Source: Squalus acanthias (Eukaryota). From it: a DNA stretch of 64,000 nucleotides. Location: the NCBI GenBank assembly GCA_030390025.1, contig CM059440.1, positions 3,782,001 through 3,846,000 on the forward strand, in the 5' to 3' direction. A program made the position numbers and the translations under genes. Below are positions 37,356 to 51,674 of the stretch, piece after piece (the first letter of the stretch is position 1; every line of letters begins with the position of its first letter). The notes beneath the pieces are model-generated. The model saw only the letters and a program-made list of their open reading frames with translations, was not told the DNA's origin and did no database searches.

Positions 37356-40109
37356 TAGTTCTCTTGTTTTCTAAGTGTTAGTATTGATTCAAATGGATAG
37401 TGACTGTGTAGAGCAGTAGCATGGGATCAAATAAGTTCATTAGATTTTTTTAAAAAAATTTGAGGGTACAAGCAATCTAGTCGTTGGCACAGCGCCATTT
37501 TAAATGGAATTTTGTTTGCTTCTTATATCCCCAAAAGGCCTGTTTTCATTACCTAATGACTCTGGAGAGAGACCAACGCACAACATAAACAATTGAGTGG
37601 TATTCTGTGAAAACATTCTTATGAAATGTTAACCGTATAGTGTTTTTAATACAGTGCACTTGCTACCAAAGTTTGAAGTAAGTGATCTAATAGGGGACCA
37701 TATTACTAGTTACTTAGCACTGGATCTATTTTGGGTGGGGGGTTGACTTTAACCTAATAACATTCAAATGTGTCCTGCGGGCAACTTTGTCCTATTATTC
37801 ACATAAATGCAGAAGTTGCATACATGATGATTGCCACTAAAATTTTAAGTATGTAAGCATTACAAGCTCAGCAGTGACTGGAATATACAGTTGTTTAATA
37901 AGATCAATCGCAATGTAGTTATTTTTCATGAGAAACTTGTTTGGCTGCATTCATACTTGTGCACATTTCAGCAATTCGTACCAGTATTCAGTCAAACCAG
38001 GTTTGCTGAAATAAGACAACAAAATGAACAAAAACTAATATGCCAACAAAAGGTTTAATATTAATGCAACGCAATAGATGCATAGAAATTATATTTTAAG
38101 CCTATCATATTCTGACATTGGAAGGATTTTCATTTTCAACACAAGATAATGCTTCATGTAAAGAAGGGTTAAAGCATCCAGATTTTAGAAATACAGATGC
38201 ATAAATACACAAACCAAAACTCCAGCTAATTAAACTGAAGCAGGTGTGGATTAGACCATTAGGGAAATCTAACTGCTATGTGATCAGATGCGTGTACACC
38301 CTAGAGCCCATCAAGGAATGGCTTGTTCATCTGTAGATGAGCAGTATGACCCAGCATTTCTGCAACTTTGTAATATTGTAGTCGCAAACGAGCGAAATAA
38401 AATGTTCCCTTTGTTCATTCACCATGTTCTGCATTAATATAGTTTAGATATTTATCCTATGGCCGTCCACTTTGCAGTTGCATATAACTCCGTAAGAGAT
38501 GTATTTATTGTTTCCAAAATGGTCACTACTCAATCAAGCTTGCTTTTTGGAACACCAGTTTTAGTAAACATTCCATTGCTTTTCTGTTAGCGAAGCAGTT
38601 ACTCGACAGAGCCCTCCTGCACTTGCAGTCAGCTGGCTTGCTGTTTATCAATTCTTCCAGCTGCTGTTTATGGCTATGTTTCATGAAAATAACACATGAC
38701 ACACACACACAGTGCTTTTTGTAAATCAAATGTTTTATATTTATGGAATGGGGCATTAAATTTGATAGTTATAGGCCACTCCACTGTGGATTTAAATCTC
38801 ATACATTTTATAATAAAAGAGTCTAATTGCTGAATGAATATAGATTTTAAAGAAGCACCCTAATTTGATGCATTGTATTTGAAGATTAAATTTGGTAGAA
38901 TAATTGTCCCTTAACAGTAGCAGCATTATGCAGAAAGCTAAATTGCATAGCGGTTAGGTTAACGTGACTTATCTAAGTTTTCGTAAGTAAAATGGGATTA
39001 AAATAAACAGCTATAAGGAAAAGTGCCAAGAACTAGCACTCTGTATTTCAGCTTTGTTTGGTCCCATTCTAAAATGGATATCAGTTAACTAAGATAATGC
39101 AAAAGCATACACAAAGCAGAATTAGTTTTTCATCATTTAGATTTCAGTGTTGCAGACCTTCATTGTTTTTGCGCCAAGTTATTAAGCCCTTGATAATTAA
39201 TGACGCACATGGGGAGATCTCAGGTGTGTATAGCTGCGCCTGTCACGAGAATCATTTACTGTTGTGATAATGTGAAAAAAAATTTAAATTCTTCACTTTT
39301 GTCTGTATTATGATGACATTAGAAAATGTAATTCTGCTTAGTACTGTTCAATGACATTTGCCTTAATTTCTATAATTGCACTGCCACCTGAGTGCCAAGT
39401 GCAATAACACACCAAGTTGAAGCTGACTGATCGCACTAAGTATATTAGTATATAAAACAAGTACAATTATTTATGTGCCTAAAGTGTAGTGTAATGTTGT
39501 TTATCTCTCAAAACATTAAGCTCAGTCAATTAATATGAAATCTTTTAAGTAAAAGATGAGTAAGAAAAGCCTTTATAATAACGTTTTTAGAAAAGTTTGA
39601 TGTTGAAATTCTTTGGTGTTGAGCAATGCAGAAACCCAGTGTGCACTTTCTACATGGAATCTGAAAAACCAAAATTAAATCTGAAATAATAAAGGCAAAG
39701 TACTGCTACCACTGACTTTTGGCACATTGCTGTTTTTTCAAGAAATGCAGTTTTAAATCATTTTAGTATTTCACTGGACTTGTTTAGTGCATATGATGAC
39801 TGAAAAAATCTTGAGTGCAGTCATTTTGTGAGAGCTGATTAATGCTTTAATCTGAGTGAAGTAAAAGCAGATATGAACCTTGTGATTTGTCCTGTGTTTA
39901 ACTGCGTGGTAATCAAATGTTTTGGGGAATACACTTTGCTTATATTTGTCATGTGCAGCATACACCTGTGGGTGGTAATTTCCGAAACCTCTGTCTTGTA
40001 AACTTGTTTATAGGGTATATACATGAAGTGTAAAAATACTTGAATATATTTTAGAATTTAAAGATCACTTTTGAACTGTTATGTTTGGACTTGTTCCAGA
40101 TAATTCTGA

Positions 40110-40223
<114 letters not shown>

Positions 40224-40404
40224 TGAATTTTGGAACTGAATTTGGCTCAAAAGTTTCCATAGCTACACTTTACACTACAAACAAATATTCAAAATATACC
40301 CACAGCACCTTGAAAACCTTGGGTGCTAATTTTGTTTAGCTGCAGTATTTGACCCCATGGATCACAGTACTTATACAACCTTAAAATTTGTAAAATTACC
40401 TCTA

Positions 40405-40722
40405 GTAGTTCTGTGGGTTAAAGCATCACCTGGTGTATAACTAAATCATGCAAACATGAAGGGTCCTACGTTTAATCCCAATCTGTATGCACTAAACTGA
40501 CCTGTAGCTCTAGTTTAGGAAGGGGAAAAGTCAGCCATGGTTCCCACTCCTGATAGCTCTATGAATGTCAGGTCGTGACTGGACCAGGCTCAGTTATGTC
40601 CTCCATGGTCAAGAAAGCTGCTGATGACCACTGCCTTCATTTACACGAATGGTCATTTGTGTAAGGTATGGAATGGCTCTTGGCACCTATAGATTAGGAG
40701 TCACTGTCTTCGAGAAAGGAGA
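40405..40722 (+). mobile_element. Unassigned SINE-like repeat (same family as 45975-46310)
   Basis: Degenerate pol III-like head (gggtcctacgtttaatccc), aaagtcagccatggttcc, tggtcatttgtgtaaggta, and end tcttcgagaaaggagaaa. Confidence 0.45.
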
Positions 40723-41429
40723 AAATATTGGGTGAAAGTAATTATAAATCCAAGCCATAATTTTCTGCTTGAGCATTCCCTCAAGTGTGTTTTCTAGGAC
40801 TTAAATAACACGTTAAATACCCTAGCAGAGATGAGTTTAGGTGAAATTTCTCCAATTTAATTAAAATGAAACATGGTGAAAGAAAGTTTAAAGATTTTGA
40901 TGGAATATTTTTTATATTATGTTTTTAATTGCACATGTAAACAGCTGCAGGCTTGAACTTTATCAGTGGTTGTATGTATAGTGTTTTCAGAAGGTGCACA
41001 GAAGTATTGAAACGTTCAGAATCTGTTTGCTGACTGCACAAAGGTGTTGGCATACAGTCAGATAGAAATCTTTGTGTGGCGGTGGTGCACTGCAGCAGTT
41101 TTCAGAGGCTGGTTCATCTATAGTACAGGATGATGATGCCGTACTCATATATTTGAAACGGAGTTAACATAAGCATAACATTGACAAGCTATATGTGGCA
41201 ATTCTCTCATACAGCTATTACATCTTGTGTTATAAGTCACTAATATGCCTGTATTCTTAAACTAGAGTTACTTTAGTATTTGTAATAAGTCCATTAACTA
41301 TTTCATCTTTTAAAACCCTGGACTTCGCATTCAATAAAAATTTGTTGCTATAGTGCAGCAAAAATATGACAATACTAAATGTTATTAAAAGGCGTTACAA
41401 AAACTCAACACTTTCGGATGGGAGAAACA

Positions 41430-41811
41430 CCAAACCCATCATTTTCACTCTGACTACGTATTTCTGAAAGTTGTATAGTGACAGCTCTACCTTAAAGTCA
41501 GCGAGTTTCTGCTGCTTCCCCCCCCCCCCCCCCCCTCTTTTCCCTTGCCCAACAAGCCAAACCTTCCTCCCCCACCCCCCCCAACCAGACTCCCCCGCCC
41601 CAGCCCTAAACCCACATATTTCTCTAGTTTCTCTCTCTCCCCTCATGCACTCTGCAAGCTCATCTTATCCATGAGACACACCTCCTGCTCCCACTTGACC
41701 CCATTGCCACTAAACAGCTGACCATCCAACTTCTCTTCCTAGCCTCTATGCTAGCTGCTGTTGTAAATGGTTCCCTCGTCTCAGGTGCTGTCCCCCTCCC
41801 TTTCAAAGCTT
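41430..41811 (+). mobile_element. L2 LINE internal fragment
   Basis: cacctcctgctcccacttgaccccattgccactaaacagctgacc...ctagctgctgttgtaaatggttccctc...ccctttcaaagct is homologous to about 12835-12960. Confidence 0.75.
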
Positions 41812-43364
41812 TCCTGTTGGAGCAGGGAGAAAGCTGCATTGGCATATATGGCTAACACAAGCCCCACTCTCCCACCGTCCCCTCCAGGGCCCCCACACAC
41901 CCCTCCAACTGCCATTCAGATTATTACGTGTGACTTTTTTTTTTTAAAGTTGGCTTAAACTGAAACTCCTGAGAAAAGTGGGTTTCATTTGTCCTGGTTT
42001 CTCGAAGCTTACAGTTTCTGGTGGAAACTAAGTCCCCTCATTTTGGTTCAGCTCCTGTTTGCCACTATAAATTGTATGAATTATGGACTCTTGTGATTTT
42101 GCTCCTGGTGAGTTGGAGAATACAGTAGAACTTTCTGGGTATGGCAGTAACTAAGTGGACAGTGGTGGGTTCTGGTTAGTTCATGGAATTTTTTTTTTGT
42201 TAAATTGCTTTTGACCTAGTGACATTTTCTTGCACTCTGGGTGTGTGCACCACTTTTTAACATTTGAATTTTGTGCTCGTCACAGTGAACAGTGTTAATG
42301 CCAGGGAATGAAACACTTGTTTGGGGTCAGTATCATAAATTAACTACGCTTTTTTCCAATAGGTTCAGTTTAATTAACTTTTTTTTTAATTCTTGAGTTC
42401 CCACCGCTCAGTGCTGGTGAATTAGTGGTGCATTAACAGGTAATGGCTTCACGAATATTATACAAGTAACGCTGTCCCAACAGCATGCCTCAACCACAAA
42501 CTCCAAAGAACACGCTAGTTTGCTCCATTGTTGTTTGTTTCATTTTCCTACACAGTCACTCCTTGCATTTTGAGGCAGTCTTGTGCCGTGTGCCCTGCCC
42601 ATGAGGAACTAGATTGAGACTGCCCAATTGATGTTTTCTGAAAACTGCTTTTTTGACATCTTCTGCACTGGCTTCAGGGGAATGCTTAATTGGTGTCTTC
42701 ATCCAACATGTTTGTTCAGGCTTAAGAGTTTAAATGTGTTATCACAAGCAATCCTGTGGTAATAAAATGGGAAGTTTCAGAACATTCATTTAAATTAAGA
42801 AATTAATAACTAATCTATATTGTGCTCCAGAAGGAAGAAATATGACCATTTTAATTCTGTAGATTGGTGGCATGAAGGATTAAAGATAGATTCAATGCAG
42901 CTGGTGAGGGGGGTGTTTATTTTCACATGTTTGAGCGTTTGATTTTTTTGTTTAGTTGGTTTCCTTGAACTTGTGAAGTCTTGGAGTGACAGCAATGCAG
43001 TATCTCGTCTGGTATTGAAAATATTCTACTGAAAGTGTTACCACACCTGTCATACATTTCTTGAATTGCGCAAATTTTGATGTTCAGCCAAGTATCAGTG
43101 CTGAAGAATTTGATTCTTGAGTTGAAGTCTTTGTTTATGCGGTTACCCTTTATAATACTGCATTGCGAAACCAAGGCAGTGCAAACACGAATGTAAATGG
43201 TGGAAATTCAATTTAAAGAAACAAAGGAAATTCATAATTTTGTGATCACATTGCTAAGTAATAAGGTGAATTTTTAAAATTGATTTGGAGGGAAAAATTC
43301 TTTTTAAAAACATACAGTAGAAATAGTGCACTATTTCATTTTGTTCTTTGTGTCTGAGCAATAG

Positions 43365-43631
<267 letters not shown>

Positions 43632-45315
43632 TAGTATTATAAATTTCCATATTTTCATAACAAAAAAGCTTTGATAAACTTCAAGCTATTTCAGAAGAAA
43701 TTGTAAGATGTTTGGTACTCGTGCATATCTTAAAAGTGAAACACTGGATATATGAAGTAAAAGCATAAGAAAGGCATGTCAGTCAGAATTGGAAAAGACA
43801 GCCTAATGTTTCTGATGAGTTCTAGTCTTCACACAACAACGTGGCATTCTCTTTACAGAGGCTGATGTACGTGCTTTGTCTTTCCAGTGTTTTCTGTTAT
43901 TACATATGTTATCCATACAATTTTCTATCCAGTAACAGTTTTTATGCCCCAATTATGATTAGCTTTATTTACAAAGTAAGATTTCCTTTGTAAAACCTTA
44001 CTGAAGGTTGTGGCTATATTCATATAAAGACACTACTAAGTTGGTGTTTGTATTAATTTTAATGGACCTTTATGACCCTGCACAAGGCTGTGCCTTGCCC
44101 AATGATGAGGGGTGATATATATTTGTCATGCTAATAACCTTATTGTGTCGCAGACTGAGTACAAGGCAACAATAAATTTTTATTATTTTGTAGTACGAAT
44201 TATAATGTAATTGGAAATCTGAAACTTTTAAAATTCAGATCGTGCTCTGATTTTATAGTGGAATTTCTCATATCACAAAACCCTGCAAAAAGTGATTAGC
44301 TTTTGTTGCAGCTATGATTGTAATTAGGTAAAAATAGTTCTAGGTTCTGCAAGAATCCAAAGATTATTCAAACTTGCCTTCACATGATAAAATAGCAACA
44401 CGTTCATGCTGATCTTTTGCTAAAACATGCTGCAGTGTGACTAGCATTTAACAATGTTCATTTGTACATGCAAATATATACTCTCGGTGGGGCAAACATA
44501 GTTGCTTTAAGAGTTTTGTGCGCTGCAGAGCCATCTTAGTCAAATTCTCTTCCCCATTTTGTCTGAGTCCCCATCCTGAACGACTTTATTAATAAGCTTT
44601 CTTTATAAACCCATCAGTACCATCAGCCCTGACTTGGTCTGTGTCCACTTGATAAAGTCCTTTTGTTACCTAGTGTTTTATACTTGATTGTGTTTGCAAA
44701 TCTTGGCAGATGCTCTGAAAGTCTTTAAGACTTATTTTCAGTGACGTTATGATCATCTGAAGTTATCAGTGCTTCAGCTGCAGTGGATATTTAGTCAAAT
44801 CATTTCCAGTTGGTGACAGGGTCCAGCATTGAATGTGATGAGTGCTTTCAGGTGACCAATGTCCACAACATTTGCCTCCCAATTTTGCATAATTTCTTTG
44901 TGTGAAACCTGCAAATACAGCATGCGATTTTTTTGCATGCAAGCAAATTATGGGAAACCCCCATGCAAATTGTAGTACCTGTCCTTCCAGAGAGAGAATC
45001 GGTGTAATTGGATAACTGACGTACATGTATTACAAAGCACCCGCCAAATGAAACTGCTCTCATTAGACCTATTAGGTCAACTGAATTTACAAATTTGCTG
45101 TCCAGTTTAGAACTGCTATTGCCTAAATCCTGCTGTCAGATAACAAGGTACTACAACAGTCCACCATAGTTGGTCTGTAATTACGAGTCAAATTTGCTGC
45201 ATGAAGTATTCTTCTCAGCAAAGATACTTGGCTCGGTGTACAATTTTCTCTTGTAGCCCAATGGGAAGAACTGTCAGTTCCCCATTCACTGAAAGAATCC
45301 AAATGGAACCATTTA

Positions 45316-45634
45316 GAAGGCTTGTTTCCCCTGGCTGGAGAGTCTAGAATGAGGGGTCATCGTCTCAGGATAAGGGGTCGCCATTTAGGACTGAGATGGG
45401 GAAACATTTCTTCACTCAGGGTTGTGAATCTTTGGAATTCTCTACCCCAGAGGGCTGTGGATGCTCAGTTGGAGTATATTCAAGACAGAGATCGATAGAT
45501 TTTTGGACACTTAAGGGTGTTGAGGGATATGGGGATAAGGCGGGAAAGTGGAGCTGATGTAGAAGTTCAGCCGTAATCTTATTGAATGGCGGAGCAGGCT
45601 CGATGGGCCCGTATGGCCTGCTGCTCCTATGTTC
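45316..45634 (+). mobile_element. CR1 LINE 3' fragment
   Basis: ttcttcactcagggttgtgaatctttggaattctctaccccagagggctgtgg and tail gaatggcggagcaggctcgatgggcc. Confidence 0.9.
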
Positions 45635-45974
45635 AGAAAGTGCTAAGGAAACTACAGATTATTTGAGGATGGTTCCTAAAACCTTTCGTGCAGTTCAACA
45701 CACTGTCCAAACTTTCTTCAAAGACAGACAGAATTCCTTGGTGTGTGACTTGGAGGGGAACTTGCAGGTGATGGTGTTCCCACACGCCTACTGCCCTTGT
45801 CCTTTTAGGTGGTGGAGGTTGCGGGCTTGGGAGGTGCCATCTTCTATGTGGAGGTTGAACCTGCAGTAAGTAAGCACTATAAAAGTGGGGAAAAAATTCA
45901 CTCCGCTATTCCCAGAATTGTGTATTGAGGTAAGATAAGAAAGAGCATTATGCTCCTTTGATGCCACATTGAGT

Positions 45975-46310
45975 TTGCCAGTGAGTACCTGAGCCATACA
46001 GGAAAGTCCTAGGTTCAATCCTTGATTCTTACCGAGTTAGCTGATCTCAGCCATATGGCAATGTGGATATTATTATTTTCCTCCAAGCCCTGAGTTAGAG
46101 GGGAAATCAGCTGTGGATCCTGCAGGAAATCCGCGTGTGGCCATGAGTGAAGACCGGATTGGTCTTAATTGTGATTCCCACAAGGTGGAATAGCTTGCCA
46201 GATGTCTAGGCTGTCCCATAAACAATGCCCATTTGGGTAAGTGACAGAAGGACATGTGCTGTCCATGGAACCATACTGCAGCAAGAGGTTGATAGCTTGA
46301 GAGAAGGAAA
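45975..46310 (+). mobile_element. Unassigned tRNA-like SINE
   Basis: B-box-like ggttcaatcc followed by gagttagctgatctcagc. A similar head occurs at about 36850 (+) and about 1770-1810 (-); reverse-oriented tails occur near 2860, 19210, 20885, 23940 and 53740. Confidence 0.5.
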
Positions 46311-46315
46311 TGAAT

Positions 46316-46578
46316 GAAATAGAAACTAGAAAAATAGGAGCAGGAGTAGGCCATTCGTCCCTTCGCGCCTGCTCCGCCATTCAATATGATCATGGCTGAT
46401 CCTCTATCTCAATACCATATTCCTGCTCTCTCCCCATACTCTCCCCTTGATGCCTTTTGTGTTTAGAAATCTATCTATCTATCTCAAATATATTCAGTGA
46501 CTTGGCCTCCACAGCCTTCTGTGGTAGAGAATTCCACAGGTTCACCACCCTCTGAGTGAAGACATTTTCTCCTCATCC
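46316..46578 (-). mobile_element. CR1 LINE 3' fragment
   Basis: ggagcaggagtaggccattc...gatcatggctgatc...gagaattccacaggttcaccaccctctgagtgaag. Confidence 0.9.
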
Positions 46579-46681
46579 AGCATATTGCTGCATGACTGTA
46601 GTTAACTGTATTTTATAACTATTTGATTAGACTACAGGAGGAGGATTATTAAAGATAAATACAGAATTTGCTTTTGTATAG

Positions 46682-46795
<114 letters not shown>

Positions 46796-47708
46796 TGAGT
46801 ATTGGAACCACATGGGCAATACTGTACTAGCAGACTGGCTAAAGCGATTCATGTTTTTTAAGTATGCTTTGAAGTGCATTGTCAAGTGAACAACTTATTT
46901 TCATGCAGTATTCAGGGTACTGAATGCAAGCGAGGCAAGATGTTGAAAATGTCATCTTTTCTACTCCATGCACATTTAGTCTACTTTGAAAAGGTCGCCA
47001 AAGATTGTGTCCTTAAAGAGCAGGAAGGAAAGGGTAACCAAGCTAAATTACTGGGAAAAGATTCGGGAGAAAGAAAGCAAAACGTTTCATCCGAGCTTTT
47101 TAAGGTCATAAGAAATTGGATGGATGTAAAATGAGGACATAGTTACAAATTAAACATAGCATAAGGGATAAATAATTCACAGTAAGCCGCCGCTACCAGG
47201 CTGAATACCAGTCTTAGTTCAAATATTAGAAGTTGTTTCGTGATTACAGAAGAAGTGAGTTATATCTTTCTTGCTTGGCCCATCTATTTGGGGAAGATTG
47301 AAATAGCCTGTCAGCCATGAGCATGGAACCAAATGATAGGATGGAGTAAATAAGTTGACTTTGGCTTGTAGCAGTTTTATATAAAAATCTGATTAATGTA
47401 TCCAAGCAAATGGGTGAAATCCGGAGGATATACGCGACGGCTTTATATTTCCATGTGTTTAATCGTGTTGTAGAATTGAAACATTTACGTGATTCTGCTT
47501 TGTGACGAGCCTCCTCAGTCTGGTCGTCCCCAGAGCATCGCTCGGGTTAAAGTTTTATGCCGATTTAAACGCAATTTGGAATGTTAGATTTCTCAAATGA
47601 AATATTATATTGGAGGCTGAGATTGTTGAAATACTATCTTAAAGGTTACTTGTGTATTGTACATATATGGTGTCATTTGAAGTGTTCTTTTGCATCTAAG
47701 TTACTTAA

Positions 47709-48062
<354 letters not shown>

Positions 48063-48781
48063 TAACCATCTTTTTACGTTCTATTTAGTCTACGTTCATA
48101 TTTTCAAAGTAAATAAATGGCACAAAAATAAGGTTTGAGAATTTATTTGGAGTTTAAAATAACTACACGGCTTTGCAGCTTCTCGTGTCAAATTGATATA
48201 TGTTGTACGGTTAGATTTGATCAAAAAAGTTCCTAGGCGTAGCAAAGATAATGTTTCAGACTGTTCACCATGTATTAGAATGTTTAACTTTCTGTAAGAG
48301 AAGATGTACTATATCAAATTAATTTATTCTGGGGTTCAGACAAAATTAGAGCAGATCTTTGTTCAAGCATGTGTATAGTGCTTCTATAAGTGCTGGTTAC
48401 CCACAAATGCTCCTTTAAATTATTTGGTGGTTTTATTTCTGCATAGCTGTGCAAAAGCAGGAGAAAACTAATATTTCCCACTGGTTTAGCCTCAGCATAC
48501 AAAATAATAGGCCATCTGCAGTCACCTGGCTTCAGGGGCAAAACACTGCTGGTGGGTGCCGCTGCACGTTGAACTGCTCGAGCATTTTCATAATTCAGCA
48601 GTCTCTGGTCAGGTAAATCCCAAAGTGCCCACCCCATGTAAAATTAATCTGGTCACTCTAAGGCACGGGTAGGCCCCTCCCAGTAATAGACATCACTAGA
48701 GCAGTTCGGGAGGGTGGGAGCCTAGAAATGCGGAATACGGGTATCTCTTTCAGATAGACCTTGATGGAATACCTTGAATAG

Positions 48782-49123
<342 letters not shown>

Positions 49124-49513
49124 TAGTGTATTATGAAAATATTTCCTGTGCAAAGTAGATTTCAGATAAGTAAATTTAAAATTGTCTTTCTGCCTAGGAC
49201 GACTTTGGGTGTAGCTATGCAATTTAACAAACTGCTAGCATCATTACTGCAAACAGTAGTAAAATGTTTGCTAAAAGTATTCATAATATTTGTTAAGGAA
49301 GCAAACATGTCACCTAATTTTTATTAAGTACCAAAGATGAGTCAGCAGAGATCTAAATCTGGACTGCATAGTATTTGATAATTCAAATTGGTCCTAAATC
49401 CAAATTGATAATTGGAGAAGGATAATCTTCAGTTTTATACTGTTGACCCCACCCCAATCCAAGCATCAGTTGTATTTGTGTACTATTGAAGTGTTTGCCC
49501 TTTACTATTTCAG

Positions 49514-49620
49514 GTGTTCTGGCCGGCCATGATAACCGTGTGAGCTGTCTGGGCGTTACTGATGATGGCATGGCAGTAGCAACAGGATCATGGGATAGCT
49601 TTCTGAAGATCTGGAACTAA
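49514..49620 (+). CDS. GNB1: GNB1 coding exon 9 ([34 protein letters not shown])
   Basis: Acceptor tatttcag, 107 coding nt ending at TAA 49618-49620; candidate donors follow within 14 nt. Confidence 0.97.
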
Positions 49621-51674
49621 ACCTGTAGGTTTGGTGAGCAGCCGTGGTCTGCAGCTGAATAAGATCTAACGTATTTGTGTTCTAGTTTCTGTTGTATGTA
49701 AGCTTGTTTCTTACACTAGGCTCGGTGCAAATTTGGTCTGGAAATCCAGTTTGATTGCAAAAGCAGTTCTTTACATTTAATGCAAGAAAACACAGTTAGT
49801 ATCTTTATAGATCACAGCAAGCTGAAATGAGTCATTGGCAGTTTTGTGTTTTTATAGCTATTGTCTTACAATCCCGCACTGATTTTGCAGCCATTCTGAA
49901 TATGAACATATTCTGTACAGTTCTTTTATCACTTTGTGTTTATGAAGAGAATTCTATTGCAAGTGAATGGTGGAGCAGTTCATCATTTGTGGTACTGTGG
50001 AGAATCTGTACCTCTGTTAGTGATCATTTTCTTCCAAATTGACCTCCACATTAGGAGTGCCATTTTATAAAAATCCAGAAATATACTGGTTCATTCTCAT
50101 TTTTCTTCTGAATAATGAAGTTTGATTTTTCATGCTTTGTGAAGAGAAAAATCTGCTGTCCAAGTCACAGTGCACTAACATGAAAGAAAGGAAATTGTTT
50201 CCTGCAATGTAACTTTGCAGGTTTCTGGACAAGCAGTTGAGGGGGGTGGGGGATGGCGGGGGAAGGAACAAATTGGCATGAAAAATCTTTCTGCAGCATC
50301 TGGGGTCAAAACTCGTGCCATTTCCAAAAAGATTTCTATAGTGCTGTAATTCCTCGTGTGTTGGGCTGGGTCAGACTGGGTTGCCTGATATATTCTGGAT
50401 CTGATTTTCATAAAGCAAACCGATCAAGTGGCTGAAGAATGGCACTTCATTTATTACATCAAATGTGATCTGTTTCCTCGAGGTTTTTGTTTTGGCTTGG
50501 ATGGCAGTTGTTTGCATGCACGCAGGCTTAACTGCTGTGTTAACAGATGAAGTTCAAGCTTCAAGTGTGAAATTGTATAGGATAACCAAGTTGTTGCAGC
50601 TTTCTGGTACTATAGTTTTAATCACTTTCTACCTGGCTACCATATTCATTTGTGTTTTGAATAAAACAATTGGTGTACAGCAGGTTAGAACACCACGAGT
50701 AATGTGTCCTCCTTCATTCCACATCTCCCATGACCTTTTTGGACCATTGAGGAATCACCTGCTGGTATCCTGTTGTATGCAAGCTTTTAGAAAATTGTGC
50801 AGTTAGACACACACTGGTTCTCTGTTGTGGCCATAATTTTGTTCTTCACAAGGTACTATACCCAACAATTGATCTTCAATTGTGAGAGTTTGGTACTTGC
50901 ATGAAAGGCTGTGCTGTTAGTACACTAACCACAACTAAAGCGAACGTCAAGCTGCTGCAGATCAGCAATATCAGTGTTTGATTTGGCATTCTGACAGGGC
51001 AGACCACAGATTAAAAACTCGGAGTCCTAAGTTTCATTCGGGTGAAGGAATTGTCCTGTCATTTTATCTGCTGCCACACAATTGAAAATTGGGCATAATT
51101 TCCAGATATTTGCAGAGCGCTAAGTTACGTGTCTCACACAGGATGATTTGGACAGTCAACAGTTAATTCAGTTCCTGCAGTGCAAGGCAAACCAGTGATG
51201 CATTCCACAAATAATTTTCCCAGAACCTTTCAAGATACAGGGGATGGGGAGGGGGTGCAGTGCTCATCATTTGACGAGAAGCCCAACTGGATCTTTTTTG
51301 CTTGAGGGTCGTCCCACGAGAATAAAGTGGCTCCTATTTGGAGGAATTATCTGAAGGATCAAATGGCCTATTTGCATTTGGAACCTTTTGGGGGTATTCA
51401 GTGTGTTTTGGGTATAAAAATATGGTGTCAACTAAGTTGCTTAACCTACAAATGAAGTAGCACTGTGGATTAGCAACCTAATTTTTAAATCATAACATTC
51501 TAACTGGTATGATATGCAGTTGTTGGCTTATCAACAGAAAGTGCCCGGGCACAGAATGCTGCTAAGTTGTGAACAGATGCTAGTTCAGTCAGGGAGTGTT
51601 TATTTCCAATTTCTGCCTAAACAAGGAGTAATGGTACTAAACTCACCAAATCAATTTTTCTTTATTCTTTCCAG

